A program made the translations under genes and the position numbers. The notes under the pieces were generated by a model that saw only the letters and a program-made list of their open reading frames with translations, searched no databases and was not told where the DNA came from. This document shows positions 63,267 through 64,000 of a stretch of DNA of 64,000 nucleotides, piece by piece. The stretch comes from Verrucomicrobiota bacterium (GTDB lineage: Bacteria; Verrucomicrobiota; Verrucomicrobiia; Limisphaerales; JAHDYP01): the NCBI GenBank assembly GCA_023383055.1, contig JAHDYP010000013.1, positions 1 through 64,000 on the forward strand, written 5' to 3'. The first letter of the stretch is position 1; each line of letters starts with the position of its first letter.

Positions 63267-64000
63267 ATGATGACCTATCGCCCCGTGACTTTTGTCGCTG
63301 CAGCCACGCTGCTGACCGCCCTGATGTTCAACTCAGCCGCCCAGGCCCAACCCCGGGGCGGTCCGCGGGTGGTCTCACCCGAACTGGCGGACGGCAAGGT
63401 CAGCTTCCGCATCCTGGCGCCCAAGGCCGCGACGGTTCGCTTGACCGGATCGGATATTCCGGCGATTGGGCGCGGGCTGGACCTGACGAAGAACGAGGAG
63501 GGCGTGTGGGAGCTGACCCTGGAGGTGGCGCCGGGGTATTATCGATACAAGTTCGAGGTGGACGATGTGCCGGTCATCGATCCGCGGAATCCGGCGACCA
63601 GTGAGTCGAATGCAACCGCCTGGAGCCTGGTCGGCGTGCCGGGCGCCGCGTGGATGGACACCCGGGACGTGCCGCACGGCGGGGTGGCGGAGGTTACCTA
63701 TTATTCCACGGCGCTCAAGAAGTTCCGGCGGATGCACGTTTATACGCCGCCGGGCTACGAGAAAGGCGAAGGGAAATACCCGGTGTTTTACCTGTTGCAC
63801 GGAGCGGGCGACAGCGACGACTCCTGGACCTCGGTGGGCCGTGCCGGTTTCATTCTGGACAACCTGATCGCGGACCGGCAAGCCAAGCCGATGGTGGTGG
63901 TCATGCCGGCGGGCCACACCGGTGCGTTCAACTTCGGCGGCGCGCGACCGACGGTGGACGAGTTCGCCCAGGATTTTCTGAACGACCTGCTGCCCTGCGT
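63267..64000 (+). CDS. Putative esterase (PF00756-like) with N-terminal Ig-like/CBM48-like domain; 3' end beyond window
   Basis: ATG 63267 (MMTYRPVTFVAAATLLTALMFNSAAQAQ signal). E-set-like domain (GVWELTLEVAPGYYRYKFEVDDVPVIDPRN). VFYLLHGAGDSDDSW esterase motif. The gene runs off the end of the window. Confidence 0.7.
   Translation, partial: MMTYRPVTFVAAATLLTALMFNSAAQAQPRGGPRVVSPELADGKVSFRILAPKAATVRLTGSDIPAIGRGLDLTKNEEGVWELTLEVAPGYYRYKFEVDDVPVIDPRNPATSESNATAWSLVGVPGAAWMDTRDVPHGGVAEVTYYSTALKKFRRMHVYTPPGYEKGEGKYPVFYLLHGAGDSDDSWTSVGRAGFILDNLIADRQAKPMVVVMPAGHTGAFNFGGARPTVDEFAQDFLNDLLPC

Overview
High-GC bacterial chromosomal segment (roughly 60-65% GC by eye). It is probably from a PVC-group organism (Verrucomicrobiota/Planctomycetota-like), judging by two DUF1559-type 'prepilin N-terminal methylation + H-X9-DG' proteins. 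The window is densely coding on both strands. Recognisable content, in order: (i) a flotillin/SPFH gene followed by a 1826-aa coiled-coil/AAA+ (MoxR-like) ATPase and an ATGA-coupled 281-aa protein; (ii) a secreted fasciclin-domain protein carrying a perfect ~1.2-kb intragenic tandem duplication; (iii) a complete Vibrio-TonB2-like energy-transduction cluster (DUF3450, long MotA/TolQ, ExbB, ExbD, TonB, TPR) plus a TonB-dependent receptor; (iv) a GT28 (UgtP/MGDG-synthase-like) glycosyltransferase fused to a PHP phosphoesterase; (v) a decayed phosphatase locus (PhoD-like and 5'-nucleotidase-like fragments); (vi) a truncated LuxR-type response regulator; (vii) a glycosyltransferase and radical-SAM/SPASM pair; (viii) an IS-transposase remnant and aminotransferase remnant scar; (ix) a phosphate-porin-pstSCAB-phoU operon preceded by conserved Pho-box-like direct repeats; (x) LPS genes (heptosyltransferase, LpxL-like, lpxK); (xi) pepP and a TatD-like hydrolase; (xii) a putative ceramide/sphingolipid-like lipid cluster (SPT-like alpha-oxoamine synthase, CerR-like SDR, PAP2, PlsY, GNAT-like N-acyltransferase fused to a class-V aminotransferase); (xiii) pyrC; (xiv) glycan-utilisation-type genes (DUF4091, DUF1080, an esterase). 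No rRNA or CRISPR array was seen, and no tRNA was convincingly found by eye. Several genes carry in-frame stops, frameshifts or internal deletions, so either the genome is decaying or the assembly has errors. Most large ORFs on the opposite strand of these genes are antisense shadows typical of high-GC DNA. The strongest candidate for an undescribed system is the flotillin, giant AAA+ ATPase and small-protein operon at 2884-11408.
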